Below are positions 44,089 through 53,071 of a stretch of DNA of 58,385 nt, piece by piece. Both the position numbers and the translations under genes were made by a program. The notes beneath the pieces are model-generated. The model had not been told where the DNA came from. It saw only the letters and a program-made list of their open reading frames with translations, and searched no databases. Source of the stretch: a virus (Duplodnaviria; Caudoviricetes); the IMG/VR virus record IMGVR_UViG_3300034104_000851, positions 1-58,385 of that record. One strand, written 5' to 3'. How positions within the stretch are numbered: position 1 is the stretch's first letter; each line of letters starts with the position of its first letter.

Positions 44089-44216
44089 CAGACCATGCAG
44101 CGGCGACCGCTGAAGCACTGGAAATGGTGATTGCCATGCTAAAGGCAGGGCAATCACCTGAAGACTTAGGCCCGATGGTTATACTGATCGGGCGTATGAT
44201 GGCTAGGCGAACCTAA
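44085..44216 (+). CDS. 43-aa hypothetical protein (B)
   Basis: Orthologue of 3602..3733. Confidence 0.75.
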   Translation: MTDHAAATAEALEMVIAMLKAGQSPEDLGPMVILIGRMMARRT

Positions 44217-44380
44217 GCTAAGTATTGCGACAGCGCCGTAGCGGCTGCGCCGATGATGGCGAGTACGCCGGCCAGCTTGGCTTTCCAACCAAGGGCAGGC
44301 TTCGGCGCTTCGTCCATCGGCAAGATTTTACCGGCGACTTCTTTCACGGCAATTTTCGTGATGAGGTTCTTCAAGTTCAT
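44213..44380 (-). CDS. Small protein with C-terminal TM, lysis-associated
   Basis: AAGGAG RBS; KLAGVLAIIGAAATAL; follows the endolysin. Confidence 0.65.
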   Translation of the reverse strand: MNLKNLITKIAVKEVAGKILPMDEAPKPALGWKAKLAGVLAIIGAAATALSQYLA

Positions 44381-44390
44381 GTTACTCTCC

Positions 44391-45002
44391 TTACAGCCAA
44401 GAAGCATATTTCTTGGTTTTCAGTTTGCGGTCGTCGAGTCCGTGTGTACCACCATTTATCCGCTTTGTCAGTGCAAGGATTGTAGCGTCATTGACGCCTT
44501 GGTCACAGATACCCCAAAGCTTGTTCTTGTCGAAGAACCAAAGGGCGCTTTCAAAGGCCAGTTCGGTAGCCACCAAATCGGGGTTCGTCATCACATCGGG
44601 GCGACCGATATAGTCGGAGAACGCCTTGAAATTAAATTTGCCCGTCAATTGGAGACTGCCGCGGCCACGAAAAAGCCAGCCTTCGCCTGACGCTTCGTCG
44701 CCATTGCCCATGCGGTTGGCGTAGACGCGGTTGGCAATTTTCATCGGCTGGCGTTCGTAAGCGCGGGCCAGTGCATCGGTCGGGAAGTACTTACCAAAGA
44801 TGCCGCGCAGACCCTTCGCGCTGTAGTTCAGGTTCTCGCTGAACGCCTTGAAGCCGCCCGACTCATGCGCCGTTTGAGCAAAGAAATGTGCAGCCCGATC
44901 AGGTGATAATTTATAAAAAGCCGCAGCCGCCTTAAATGTACCCGGACCAAATGCACCATCAGCGGTCACCCCTATCTTTTTCTGTAGATTTACAAGGCTC
45001 AT
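44391..45002 (-). CDS. Endolysin, glycoside hydrolase family 19, with short PG-binding N-terminus
   Basis: FFAQTAHES, ENLNYS, FRGRGSLQLTG..N, TKRINGG..GL.DR; LQ..IGVTADG.FGPGT. Confidence 0.9.
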   Translation of the reverse strand: MSLVNLQKKIGVTADGAFGPGTFKAAAAFYKLSPDRAAHFFAQTAHESGGFKAFSENLNYSAKGLRGIFGKYFPTDALARAYERQPMKIANRVYANRMGNGDEASGEGWLFRGRGSLQLTGKFNFKAFSDYIGRPDVMTNPDLVATELAFESALWFFDKNKLWGICDQGVNDATILALTKRINGGTHGLDDRKLKTKKYASWL

Positions 45003-45496
45003 TTACCCGCACTCCGCCAAGCAGGGAAGTCGTTTTCGTCGACCACACCGTCGCCGGTGACGTCGTAGCGCAGGTCGTTGCGGTACTTCTCCCAAGGTGC
45101 CATGTCGTCGTCATCGTCTTCTTCAGGCTCGTCAATGAAGACAGTGGCTTGCGGATCGTCGTACACCTTCGGCGCCATCGCTGGCGTCAGTTCAAGCGGC
45201 GCTTCTGGCTCTGGCGCCGGCGCAGGCTCAGGGTCGGTGTCACGCGCATTGGCGTTGAGGCTCAGGCCGCCCAGCAGTCCGACAAGCGCACCGATGATGG
45301 TCTGGAACGCAGGGTTAATCATCTCAAGGACGGCAGTGCTGTCCACGACATCGTTAGGCACGAACATGCCGACGACCAGCGCCAGCACGACGACAAGGAT
45401 AACTGCCGACAGCGTGACGATTGCCACGCGAACGACAAACTCAACGGTGTCGTTGACGCCGTCGTGCTTGCTCTCAAAACTATTCAGGAAGCTCAT
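44999..45496 (-). CDS. 2-TM membrane protein with acidic tail and EF-hand-like loop
   Basis: Two TM segments; DVTGDGVVDEND. Confidence 0.7.
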   Translation of the reverse strand: MSFLNSFESKHDGVNDTVEFVVRVAIVTLSAVILVVVLALVVGMFVPNDVVDSTAVLEMINPAFQTIIGALVGLLGGLSLNANARDTDPEPAPAPEPEAPLELTPAMAPKVYDDPQATVFIDEPEEDDDDDMAPWEKYRNDLRYDVTGDGVVDENDFPAWRSAGK

Positions 45497-45758
45497 CTTC
45501 TTCGTCCTTCTTCTTTTGCATAGCGCCGCTGCCCTGCCCCGCCATAAGTCCTGCCAACGCCCCGACAATGAACGTTGCTATCGGGTTAATCAACTTGAAA
45601 AACTCAGCGTCGTTAGGGGACTGCCCTTCCATCGGCTGCGACACAAACACCAACGAGTATAGCACGGTCGCCACGATGAACGTCAGCGTCAGCGACAGGA
45701 CGATCCCGACGATGAACCGCAGCAATTCCTCCGGCGTCCATTCACTTCTCGGCTTCAT
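45480..45758 (-). CDS. 2-TM holin-like membrane protein
   Basis: Two TM segments; INP...FIVGALAGL resembles the downstream gene. Confidence 0.7.
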   Translation of the reverse strand: MKPRSEWTPEELLRFIVGIVLSLTLTFIVATVLYSLVFVSQPMEGQSPNDAEFFKLINPIATFIVGALAGLMAGQGSGAMQKKKDEEDELPE

Positions 45759-45927
45759 CTTCTTCACCTGTATTGATTAGCCATTCGGTGCAGTAGCCCA
45801 TAGCGATGCACCGCGGCTTCTTGCAGAGTTCGTCTTCCCAATTCGCAGGGTCTTGACAATCGTAGCGGTAGCGGTCTTCGCAGCCAGCAAGCACCAGCGC
45901 CGCCAGTAGTAGACTGACTATACGCAT
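45742..45927 (-). CDS. Small Cys-rich lipoprotein
   Basis: Lipobox LAGC; RYRY.CQDP.NW...C..P.C...G.C. Confidence 0.75.
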   Translation of the reverse strand: MRIVSLLLAALVLAGCEDRYRYDCQDPANWEDELCKKPRCIAMGYCTEWLINTGEEDEAEK

Positions 45928-45934
45928 ACGCCCT

Positions 45935-46114
45935 CTAGCCGGCCTTTTGCAGCACGTTCATGAGTATGCCGACCAGCAATACGATGATTGTGCCGGCGGA
46001 AGTCATGCCGACTTTTTCAATACGCTTCATCCGCGCGCAGATACTCTCGTACCGGAACGCGCAGACCTGTTCGTGCGTGTTAAGTTGCGCTTGTGTTTCG
46101 TCGATAGTAGCCAT
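45935..46114 (-). CDS. Coiled-coil plus TM protein (B)
   Basis: Orthologue of 6002..6172. Confidence 0.75.
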   Translation of the reverse strand: MATIDETQAQLNTHEQVCAFRYESICARMKRIEKVGMTSAGTIIVLLVGILMNVLQKAG

Positions 46115-46116
46115 TG

Positions 46117-48537
46117 TTAGCGTCTCATGGAGTTAAGGTTTTGAAACCGTTTATCTTTAGGTATCCTGCCGTATATCGGTACGGGGTAGCCTTCAGAAAA
46201 GTCAACATCTACCAGCGGTTCGCCGGTTTCAGGATCAAAGTCAGGGAACTTAAATTCTTCGCCCAGCGTCTGCGGCGTGATGCCTGCCACACCTGTCTGC
46301 ACCACGGCTTGCTGTCTGGCGGCAGACGGCGCCTGCGAACCATACAAAAGTTTGTTTACATATTCTTCAGCGGGGCGCACTCGTAACAACTCGCCCGCTT
46401 GGCGCGGAGACGCCAACGCAGGAACTAAGTTACGCATGGTGTTCTCCGATGCTTTTTGCGCCGCCCGCACACCAAATTCTTGCGCCGCGATGCCGCCGCC
46501 GTAAACGTGCGGTAGACCACCCAATACACGGGCGCCTGCCGTGAAGACGTTTGGCACGGTCGGCTCCAACATACCGCCGACATTAGTCGTAATACCTTGC
46601 TTAAATGAAAGACGCTGCGACTGAGGTAAATCCTCAAGGCCCGTCTGCGACACGGCACGTTGCGCTTCAATATCGCGGCCCAGCTTATTAGCCGTAGCTA
46701 AATCCGCGCCCTGCATTTCTACGTTGATATCGAATCGACCCGGACCTAACTTGCTTTCGACAAAGTCGGGGTCTTCGCCAGCCATTACTTTGGCAAATCT
46801 TGCTTCAGGCAGCTTGGCAAGTTCACGCTGAAGCTGTTGGCGCTCGATACCTTTCATGCCTTCGGCAAAGGTATTTAGGTAGTTTTTCCAACCCACGCCG
46901 CCTGCCGCTTCAATGGCTTCATCGATTGGCTTTTGTGCGGCTGCGATAAGTTGAGATGTCCCCGCACGTAATGCTTTAGGGTCGGTCGTGCCTAAGATGC
47001 TGGACACAAACGCGCCCATTTCGCGGCGTGCCAAGTTAATTCCTTGGGCATCAATGACGCCACCAAACTTAGCTGCGCGGCGCTCCAGATTGTTTGCGAA
47101 CTCCGACAATATTTTAAAACGGTCAGGGCTGACAAACTGCGCCTTATCCGCTTCTGCGCGTAAGTTAGTTACGACCTGTGAAATATCCAGTGGCGCCAGA
47201 CCTTGCGCGCGCAAGTTAGCCGCGACTTCTTCTGCTGATCGGGCGTCTTCCAGATACTGACTTATACGAGCATCAAAGTTCGGGTCATTCATATACCGCG
47301 CTGCTGAGTCCAGTTCAGATTGCAACGCAGATCGCGCGCGGGCAGCGGCTTGCTCAGATGGAATGATTTGTGTGCGCCCAATATCGGCAGCGCCTAACGC
47401 TCGTTCGCGCATCGGGCCTGTTACATCCTGCAACGCCCTTTTAGTTTCCGCTATGTTGCTAACAGCTTCTGTTTGCGTTCCGCCGCCGCTGATAACCTCA
47501 CGCATACGTTTTTGTCCCGCGGCGCGCTGTTTCGCTACGCGGAGAAGCGGGGCTGCTTCGGTGCTTGCACTAGCAATCTGGGTAGCCGCAGCCAGTTCAG
47601 GCGTGAGCAATCCCCGCGACGCCAGAAACTCAGCCGTATTGGCTTTGATATTCTTCGGTGCGTTTCGCAGTGCCTTTTCAATTTTGGTTGCGTTCTGGTC
47701 AATTACCTCGCGCAAGATTTCAGCAGCGCGGACGGCGCCAGCGCGGCCAGCTAGGACATCATATGTTTTGCCTGCGCCAAACTTGAGCATGTGGCCGAGG
47801 ACAGGCACAGTAGCGCCAGCCAACGCTGCATCTGTCAAATCTTGATCGGTAGCGGCAGCAGCTATAAGGCTTGAAATAGCGCCGCCAGCAGCACGAAGAC
47901 CGACACGCGCTTTGCGTGATCCGGCTATAATCTTGCCTTCTTTTACTGCCGCCTTAGTTGGTTTAGCTACTCGCGTGCCGCCAGACGTTATAGCGCGGCC
48001 AGTTTTTTCTATTACGCCGCCTAACCGCGGCGCAACTTTGGTAAGTGCCCTACCGCCAAGCTGCGTGACAGCGCCGCCGCCCATCGTGAGCGGAAGTGCC
48101 CCGGCAATTTCACCACCGAGTTTGCCGCCAGCAAAGGTGACGGGGTTCGCCTGTTGCCGTTCAGCAGCAAATTGCGCTAATCGCTTCTTGGTTTTATCGG
48201 ACGCACCTACTGGAATATATTCTAAAGGGTTAAGGTAAGATAGCTTTTCAGCAATCGGTTTCAGCCCGCGCTCAACCCCAGATACAGCAGACGCAATCTT
48301 ACTACCAGTGGCGCGCAGCGCACTTTTCTCGTCCGCACGCTGTTTCGCTTGCTGCCGTGTGTAACGCTCTTTAGATGTTTCGACGTTAAACCGACGCCGA
48401 ATTTCAGCCTGCGTAGCAGGACTTGCACTGCGGTACTCTGGCAGCGTAGCCACACGGCGATCAAAGATAGCCTGCTTTGTAGCTGGATTAGCGTTTACGT
48501 AGTTCGGGTCTTTTAAAATATCCAGCGCGCTAGACAT
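46117..48537 (-). CDS. Ejection protein 3 (B)
   Basis: Synteny; 806 aa; no evident similarity to the A counterpart. Confidence 0.65.
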   Translation of the reverse strand: MSSALDILKDPNYVNANPATKQAIFDRRVATLPEYRSASPATQAEIRRRFNVETSKERYTRQQAKQRADEKSALRATGSKIASAVSGVERGLKPIAEKLSYLNPLEYIPVGASDKTKKRLAQFAAERQQANPVTFAGGKLGGEIAGALPLTMGGGAVTQLGGRALTKVAPRLGGVIEKTGRAITSGGTRVAKPTKAAVKEGKIIAGSRKARVGLRAAGGAISSLIAAAATDQDLTDAALAGATVPVLGHMLKFGAGKTYDVLAGRAGAVRAAEILREVIDQNATKIEKALRNAPKNIKANTAEFLASRGLLTPELAAATQIASASTEAAPLLRVAKQRAAGQKRMREVISGGGTQTEAVSNIAETKRALQDVTGPMRERALGAADIGRTQIIPSEQAAARARSALQSELDSAARYMNDPNFDARISQYLEDARSAEEVAANLRAQGLAPLDISQVVTNLRAEADKAQFVSPDRFKILSEFANNLERRAAKFGGVIDAQGINLARREMGAFVSSILGTTDPKALRAGTSQLIAAAQKPIDEAIEAAGGVGWKNYLNTFAEGMKGIERQQLQRELAKLPEARFAKVMAGEDPDFVESKLGPGRFDINVEMQGADLATANKLGRDIEAQRAVSQTGLEDLPQSQRLSFKQGITTNVGGMLEPTVPNVFTAGARVLGGLPHVYGGGIAAQEFGVRAAQKASENTMRNLVPALASPRQAGELLRVRPAEEYVNKLLYGSQAPSAARQQAVVQTGVAGITPQTLGEEFKFPDFDPETGEPLVDVDFSEGYPVPIYGRIPKDKRFQNLNSMRR

Positions 48538-48541
48538 ACTA

Positions 48542-50326
48542 TTAATCCCTTAGAAGCGGGTTATTGCGGTCCACCTTAGTTGACGTGCGCCTTTGGGGTA
48601 GGTCTTTTGTACTGAGGTACCGGTCTGAAACCTTTGGTACTGCTAGGCGCAGCTTCGGGTTTTCCTTTAGCACGTCGCCGTACACGCCGTCATATTCGCG
48701 CTGGGCGCTCTGGTATGTGCGGTACAGTTTTCGGCGCATATCTATTAACTCAGCATCAAACGTAGCTGGTTCGCCTGTTTGAATTAGTTTGCTGGCCGCT
48801 TGTTCTACGATCTTGGCGTCCTTATCGGTCGGGTTAGCGCCGACCGGCGATGCGCCAGTTTCGGTGTTCTTACGCATATCAATCAACGATGTCAGCGTAG
48901 CGGTATTTTTAATCTTATCAAAAGCAGCCTGTGCGTCAGCGCGCGCGCCGGTCTGCAAAAGACGAGGTAAATTACCTTCAATCGGGCCAACGATTGAGAA
49001 ACGTTTAGGGTTACGCAACAACTGATCTATGGTGTTGATGCGATCAACTACCTCGTTGAGTATCCCTTCCGTAGCGTATTTTGCTCTTGTCGCTGTTGAC
49101 TTTAGTTCGATAGCGCGTTCGGCTTTCTTAGTTGCTTCCGCAATCGCCGGCGCCATTCGCAATTCTACATCCTTGGTAGCCTGCGCTTCCACCTGTTTTT
49201 CCGCGCCGAGGCGCCCCAAAGGCACCACCGATGATCCGGGCGCTATCGGTTGATTTGGATTACGCATTTGAAGCGGTGTGCTTGTGCGTGTCTGCGCCAG
49301 TGTTTGTTCCATTGGCGGTGCGCCGCGCAGACCAGCGGTCTGCGATTGCATTGGCTCACCGCGATAGACAGCAAACTGCGACTCCGGTGTTTGCACAGGG
49401 TTAGCGCCCATCGCGCTGTCAGCCAGCGATGGTGCGTCAGCTTGCAGCGTAATGTTGGCCCGACGGAAGGAGTCTACAAGCGCCTGCTTATTCTGCGGCG
49501 GTTGTGTAGCTAAAAGCTGATCAAAGTCCACCTGCGCCATGACGCCTGTTTGGAACGCAGAGTCAACAATGCGCGACATTACTTCAGGTGTCATCTGCAC
49601 TGCGCCAGCGCCACCCATATCGCTCTGGTTAAACGACACTGGCCGCGACGTAGGGCTGCCCGAAGGAATGAACGCAGGGTCCATTCCTTGATTTATGAGG
49701 TCTTGTGGCGTTGTGTTGGCGCCTTGCGTCGCACGCATTGTTACGCCGTCGCCGGCGGCGGTCACCGGTGCTGTCGGTGTCCGCGGTGCGGCAGGCGTTT
49801 CAGGCGCATCGTATACGGGCCGTTGCTCAGGGTTAAGGCCGCCGACAGTGACTGATCTAGGCGCACCTGATGTAGAAAGTTCCAAACTGGCGACCGGCGT
49901 CGCAATAGTTTTTTCAATTTCTTTTTCGGCCTTCATCATAAGCCCGTATCGCGTATTGCGGTCCCATGAAGTTGCAGGCGGTAAAACTTTATCCCAGCCC
50001 GGCACACGCGCCACTAGATCAGCGCGCACCGCTTCCTTAGCTGCAAGGTCATTTTCAGCTACATCTGCTACACCTTCACGAAATATCTCTAACGCCTGAA
50101 GTATGTTATCTTGCTGCGCTTTTGTTAACGCTGGACCATGCAACTCCGCCGCGCGCGCTTCTTGCGCTTTGTTGATGTCCATCGTCTGCTGCGCTAGCGC
50201 CGCTTGACGCTCCGCCGCTTCCTGCTGCCGCGCCATGTTCATCATGTTCACGAACTGCGCCGTGCGCCGCGACGGATCGGGAAGCTGTGGGCTGCGCGCT
50301 TGAAGTGCTATCATTTGGTTTGCCAT
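48542..50326 (-). CDS. Ejection protein 2 (B)
   Basis: Shares the N-terminus and internal patches with 7828..9459. Confidence 0.65.
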   Translation of the reverse strand: MANQMIALQARSPQLPDPSRRTAQFVNMMNMARQQEAAERQAALAQQTMDINKAQEARAAELHGPALTKAQQDNILQALEIFREGVADVAENDLAAKEAVRADLVARVPGWDKVLPPATSWDRNTRYGLMMKAEKEIEKTIATPVASLELSTSGAPRSVTVGGLNPEQRPVYDAPETPAAPRTPTAPVTAAGDGVTMRATQGANTTPQDLINQGMDPAFIPSGSPTSRPVSFNQSDMGGAGAVQMTPEVMSRIVDSAFQTGVMAQVDFDQLLATQPPQNKQALVDSFRRANITLQADAPSLADSAMGANPVQTPESQFAVYRGEPMQSQTAGLRGAPPMEQTLAQTRTSTPLQMRNPNQPIAPGSSVVPLGRLGAEKQVEAQATKDVELRMAPAIAEATKKAERAIELKSTATRAKYATEGILNEVVDRINTIDQLLRNPKRFSIVGPIEGNLPRLLQTGARADAQAAFDKIKNTATLTSLIDMRKNTETGASPVGANPTDKDAKIVEQAASKLIQTGEPATFDAELIDMRRKLYRTYQSAQREYDGVYGDVLKENPKLRLAVPKVSDRYLSTKDLPQRRTSTKVDRNNPLLRD

Positions 50327-50329
50327 GAT

Positions 50330-51079
50330 TTATCCGTCGTCTGAAATGAGGCCGTAGGGTCCGCCGCCGCCGCTACCGGGCGTTCTGTTTTTATAGTACT
50401 GCATAATGGCGTTGTTCATAGGCGCGTTGGATGCGTATCCACCTATCTGACCCAACGCGTTTGTCAGCGCATTAGCAGAGCCGATGTAGCCAGATGCGCG
50501 GGCTTGGCCTGCATTATAGATGTTCGACGCTTGGTTCTGGCCCATCTGTCCAGCAGCGCCAGTCATCACGTTGGTGGCGGACTGACCTGAACCCATCAGC
50601 GATTGCAATGGATTAAGGCGCGCCGACCGCTCAACCTGATAACGGTTAAATGCGTTCTGATATTCTTGGCTGGCTAAATCTTGGCCGAAACGCTGCACGC
50701 CCTTCAAGGTGGAGCCGGACAGCAGATTGCCGCGTGCGGCTGCCGACCGCTCTAGCGCCTTCATGCCTTCCGCTTGACGGAAAGCATAGCCGGGGTCTTG
50801 CTGAAATTGATCAGTACCAAAGGCTTTCGCCATGCTGCCGTAGCCAGCGGCGGTCTTGTCGCCGCCGATGCCCAGAAGCTGCATAATCTCATTTTGCGCC
50901 GTCATCCCGCCTTGGCGAAACGGCTCTTGCAGTTCAATCTGCCGCTGGAACATGCGCTCCTGTGCAGCGTTAGCGTCTTGCGACGCCTGAACCTGCGCCC
51001 TAGACGCTTTTTTAGATGCCTTGCTGGAAATTACCGCGCCGCCAACTGCGGCTGCTGCGGTTACTGCGGCTGCGACCAT
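50330..51079 (-). CDS. Ejection protein 1, gp7-like (B)
   Basis: Core nearly identical to A; ATG at 51079 preferred over TTG at 51091. Confidence 0.8.
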   Translation of the reverse strand: MVAAAVTAAAAVGGAVISSKASKKASRAQVQASQDANAAQERMFQRQIELQEPFRQGGMTAQNEIMQLLGIGGDKTAAGYGSMAKAFGTDQFQQDPGYAFRQAEGMKALERSAAARGNLLSGSTLKGVQRFGQDLASQEYQNAFNRYQVERSARLNPLQSLMGSGQSATNVMTGAAGQMGQNQASNIYNAGQARASGYIGSANALTNALGQIGGYASNAPMNNAIMQYYKNRTPGSGGGGPYGLISDDG

Positions 51080-51080
51080 G

Positions 51081-51536
51081 TCAATCCCCAATCCATTTCG
51101 TGTAGTAAATCTCTACAGGTTCCATTTTCAAATACTCAAACAGCCTAGATGCGTCCTTGTGCATTTTGGAGCCGTAGAACATACGATGCACCCCGCGCCT
51201 TTTAGCTTCTTTTTCGACTAAACGAAAGAGTTTTACGCCGCTAAATCCACCACGCACATCTGGGTGCGTCCAAAAGATGTCCATCGTCAGCGTCAGGCAC
51301 GTCTTGTAGTGAAAGCCCGGCGCGATGAAACCTATGAAATATCCCACTAAACGGCCAGCTTCGCGCAGCGTAACCAGCAACAGTTGTCCTGCGTTGTCGC
51401 GCGCTTCGTACAGATCATACTGCGGATCAAGCGGTACTTTATCTTTGTTTAGCGCCAATTCTTCCCAGTGAAGGTCGTAGCACTCCATCAATTCTGGCAA
51501 ACATTTGCTGTAAGGCTCGACTTGTGCCGTAATCAT
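51081..51536 (-). CDS. GNAT acyltransferase
   Basis: GRLVGY...DIFWTHPDVRGGFSGVKLF..VEKEAK.RGV...LFEYL. Confidence 0.8.
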   Translation of the reverse strand: MITAQVEPYSKCLPELMECYDLHWEELALNKDKVPLDPQYDLYEARDNAGQLLLVTLREAGRLVGYFIGFIAPGFHYKTCLTLTMDIFWTHPDVRGGFSGVKLFRLVEKEAKRRGVHRMFYGSKMHKDASRLFEYLKMEPVEIYYTKWIGD

Positions 51537-52078
51537 TATGCGCTCCTGATGTCCACTATGCAGACAATCCTATCATCGGCGCTGTTATTTACAACAGAAT
51601 GTTTTACACGATTGTTTACCCACCACACTTCGCCGGTACAAAAACTTACCGTCTCGTCTTCGCAATGGAACAGCGCGCCGGGCAGCGACTGAAGCGCAAT
51701 CTGATAGCGGGTGTAGAACTCAGCCGGTGCGCCATGATCGACGTGCGGCGTTATCTGACCGCCGGGCGGCAGCTTAGTGACGATGCAGCGGCCCAACTGC
51801 ACGCCATCGACGCGGCGCATAAGGTCCAGCACCAGCCGACGCAGCGACGGCAACTGTGTCCACGCAGGATACGGCACAGTCTGGATGTCGTTGATAACCG
51901 CGGTCGGGTCTTCTGGTATCTCGTTAAACCAAAGCCAGATGTCGCTGACTTCAGCATGGGCCGTGTCGGGGTGCTGCGTCCGCAGCGTGTTCTGGTTCCA
52001 TAAGTCTGGCTGCGTCGCCAACTCCCGCATAACGGGAATGACGTCTATATTATCTGCCAGACAAAGAAAGTGCTGCAT
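51536..52078 (-). CDS. Asp/Asn beta-hydroxylase-family 2OG-Fe(II) oxygenase
   Basis: KLPPGG.ITPHVD (HxD), GEVWWVNN..KHSVVN (distal His), DRIVCIVD (Arg). Confidence 0.85.
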   Translation of the reverse strand: MQHFLCLADNIDVIPVMRELATQPDLWNQNTLRTQHPDTAHAEVSDIWLWFNEIPEDPTAVINDIQTVPYPAWTQLPSLRRLVLDLMRRVDGVQLGRCIVTKLPPGGQITPHVDHGAPAEFYTRYQIALQSLPGALFHCEDETVSFCTGEVWWVNNRVKHSVVNNSADDRIVCIVDIRSA

Positions 52079-52413
52079 TAGCTAACCAGACGACCTGACG
52101 CGCGGATGTTGATGGCGGACGCCGTGCCAGCGATTGTGCTGATGAAGCCATTGTTCGGCAGCACATGGCCGACCAGTTCAGGAAACGTATATGTTTCGGC
52201 TGGCTGGAGCGTTTTGGTCTTGACAATCAAGTTGTCGTTGCCTGCGCTGCCCGCAGCCGTCACAAGGTTGACGCTGATCGTCGCAGCCGACACGCTGTAG
52301 TTAGTCGCGGTAAACTTGTCGATGATTGTCTGCACGCCGTTCGACGTGTACTGTGTCGTTTGCGCGTTCTCCGCTGTCTTAGCGGGGATGATGTTACTAA
52401 TGGTTACGGCCAT
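52078..52413 (-). CDS. Conserved virion protein (B)
   Basis: Orthologue of 10619..10954. Confidence 0.7.
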   Translation of the reverse strand: MAVTISNIIPAKTAENAQTTQYTSNGVQTIIDKFTATNYSVSAATISVNLVTAAGSAGNDNLIVKTKTLQPAETYTFPELVGHVLPNNGFISTIAGTASAINIRASGRLVS

Positions 52414-52423
52414 ATCTGGTTCC

Positions 52424-53071
52424 TTAATACAGCAAAGTGTTAAACGAAGCGGCTTGCATGATAACCCAATTTGTGCCGTTTGACACTAGGGTAGCCCAGT
52501 TACCAGACACGTTAAGCAAAATCGACGTTCCGGCTGCACCGCCGCCCTGCGGCACGACGTTGCTGGACGCAGAGTCAAGGTTCTGGTCTTGGTTGTTCTG
52601 GAACGTAAGATACCGCCCGACATTGGTTGCGGCGGCTGGCAGCGTGACAACGCAAGTCGATCCTGACTTGTTGTTAATTATCCACGTCTCATCCGTCACC
52701 GTAAAGTCTGCCGTAAAGGTGACAGGTGCGGTAGACGCCGGTATCAGCGCCCGTATCGCCAATTCGTCAAGCGGCGGCGGCGACAAGGCCAGCGCCTGTA
52801 CTTCGCTTTGCACCACAGCCAAGTCAGACGCGGACGCGCCGTCGGGCTGCGTCTCTGTGGTCTGCGTCAGCGTTTCCAACAACGCGTCGTAGGTTGCCAA
52901 CAGCGATGACGTATCGGGCGCTACCTCAACTTCACTTTGGTTGGCTTGCGTAGCTGTTAGCAGCGACAGAAAGAACCGATACCATTCACGGCTAATCGCG
53001 CCAGACCGCGGGTCGATAAATTCAACACGCGGCGGCGTTAGCTGGGTAGGGTTAATCGGCGCCAGCGCCAT
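52424..53071 (-). CDS. Tail needle, short form (B)
   Basis: First ~70 aa shared with 10965..13433; C-terminal VTLPAA...LVSNGTNWVI knob. Confidence 0.8.
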   Translation of the reverse strand: MALAPINPTQLTPPRVEFIDPRSGAISREWYRFFLSLLTATQANQSEVEVAPDTSSLLATYDALLETLTQTTETQPDGASASDLAVVQSEVQALALSPPPLDELAIRALIPASTAPVTFTADFTVTDETWIINNKSGSTCVVTLPAAATNVGRYLTFQNNQDQNLDSASSNVVPQGGGAAGTSILLNVSGNWATLVSNGTNWVIMQAASFNTLLY

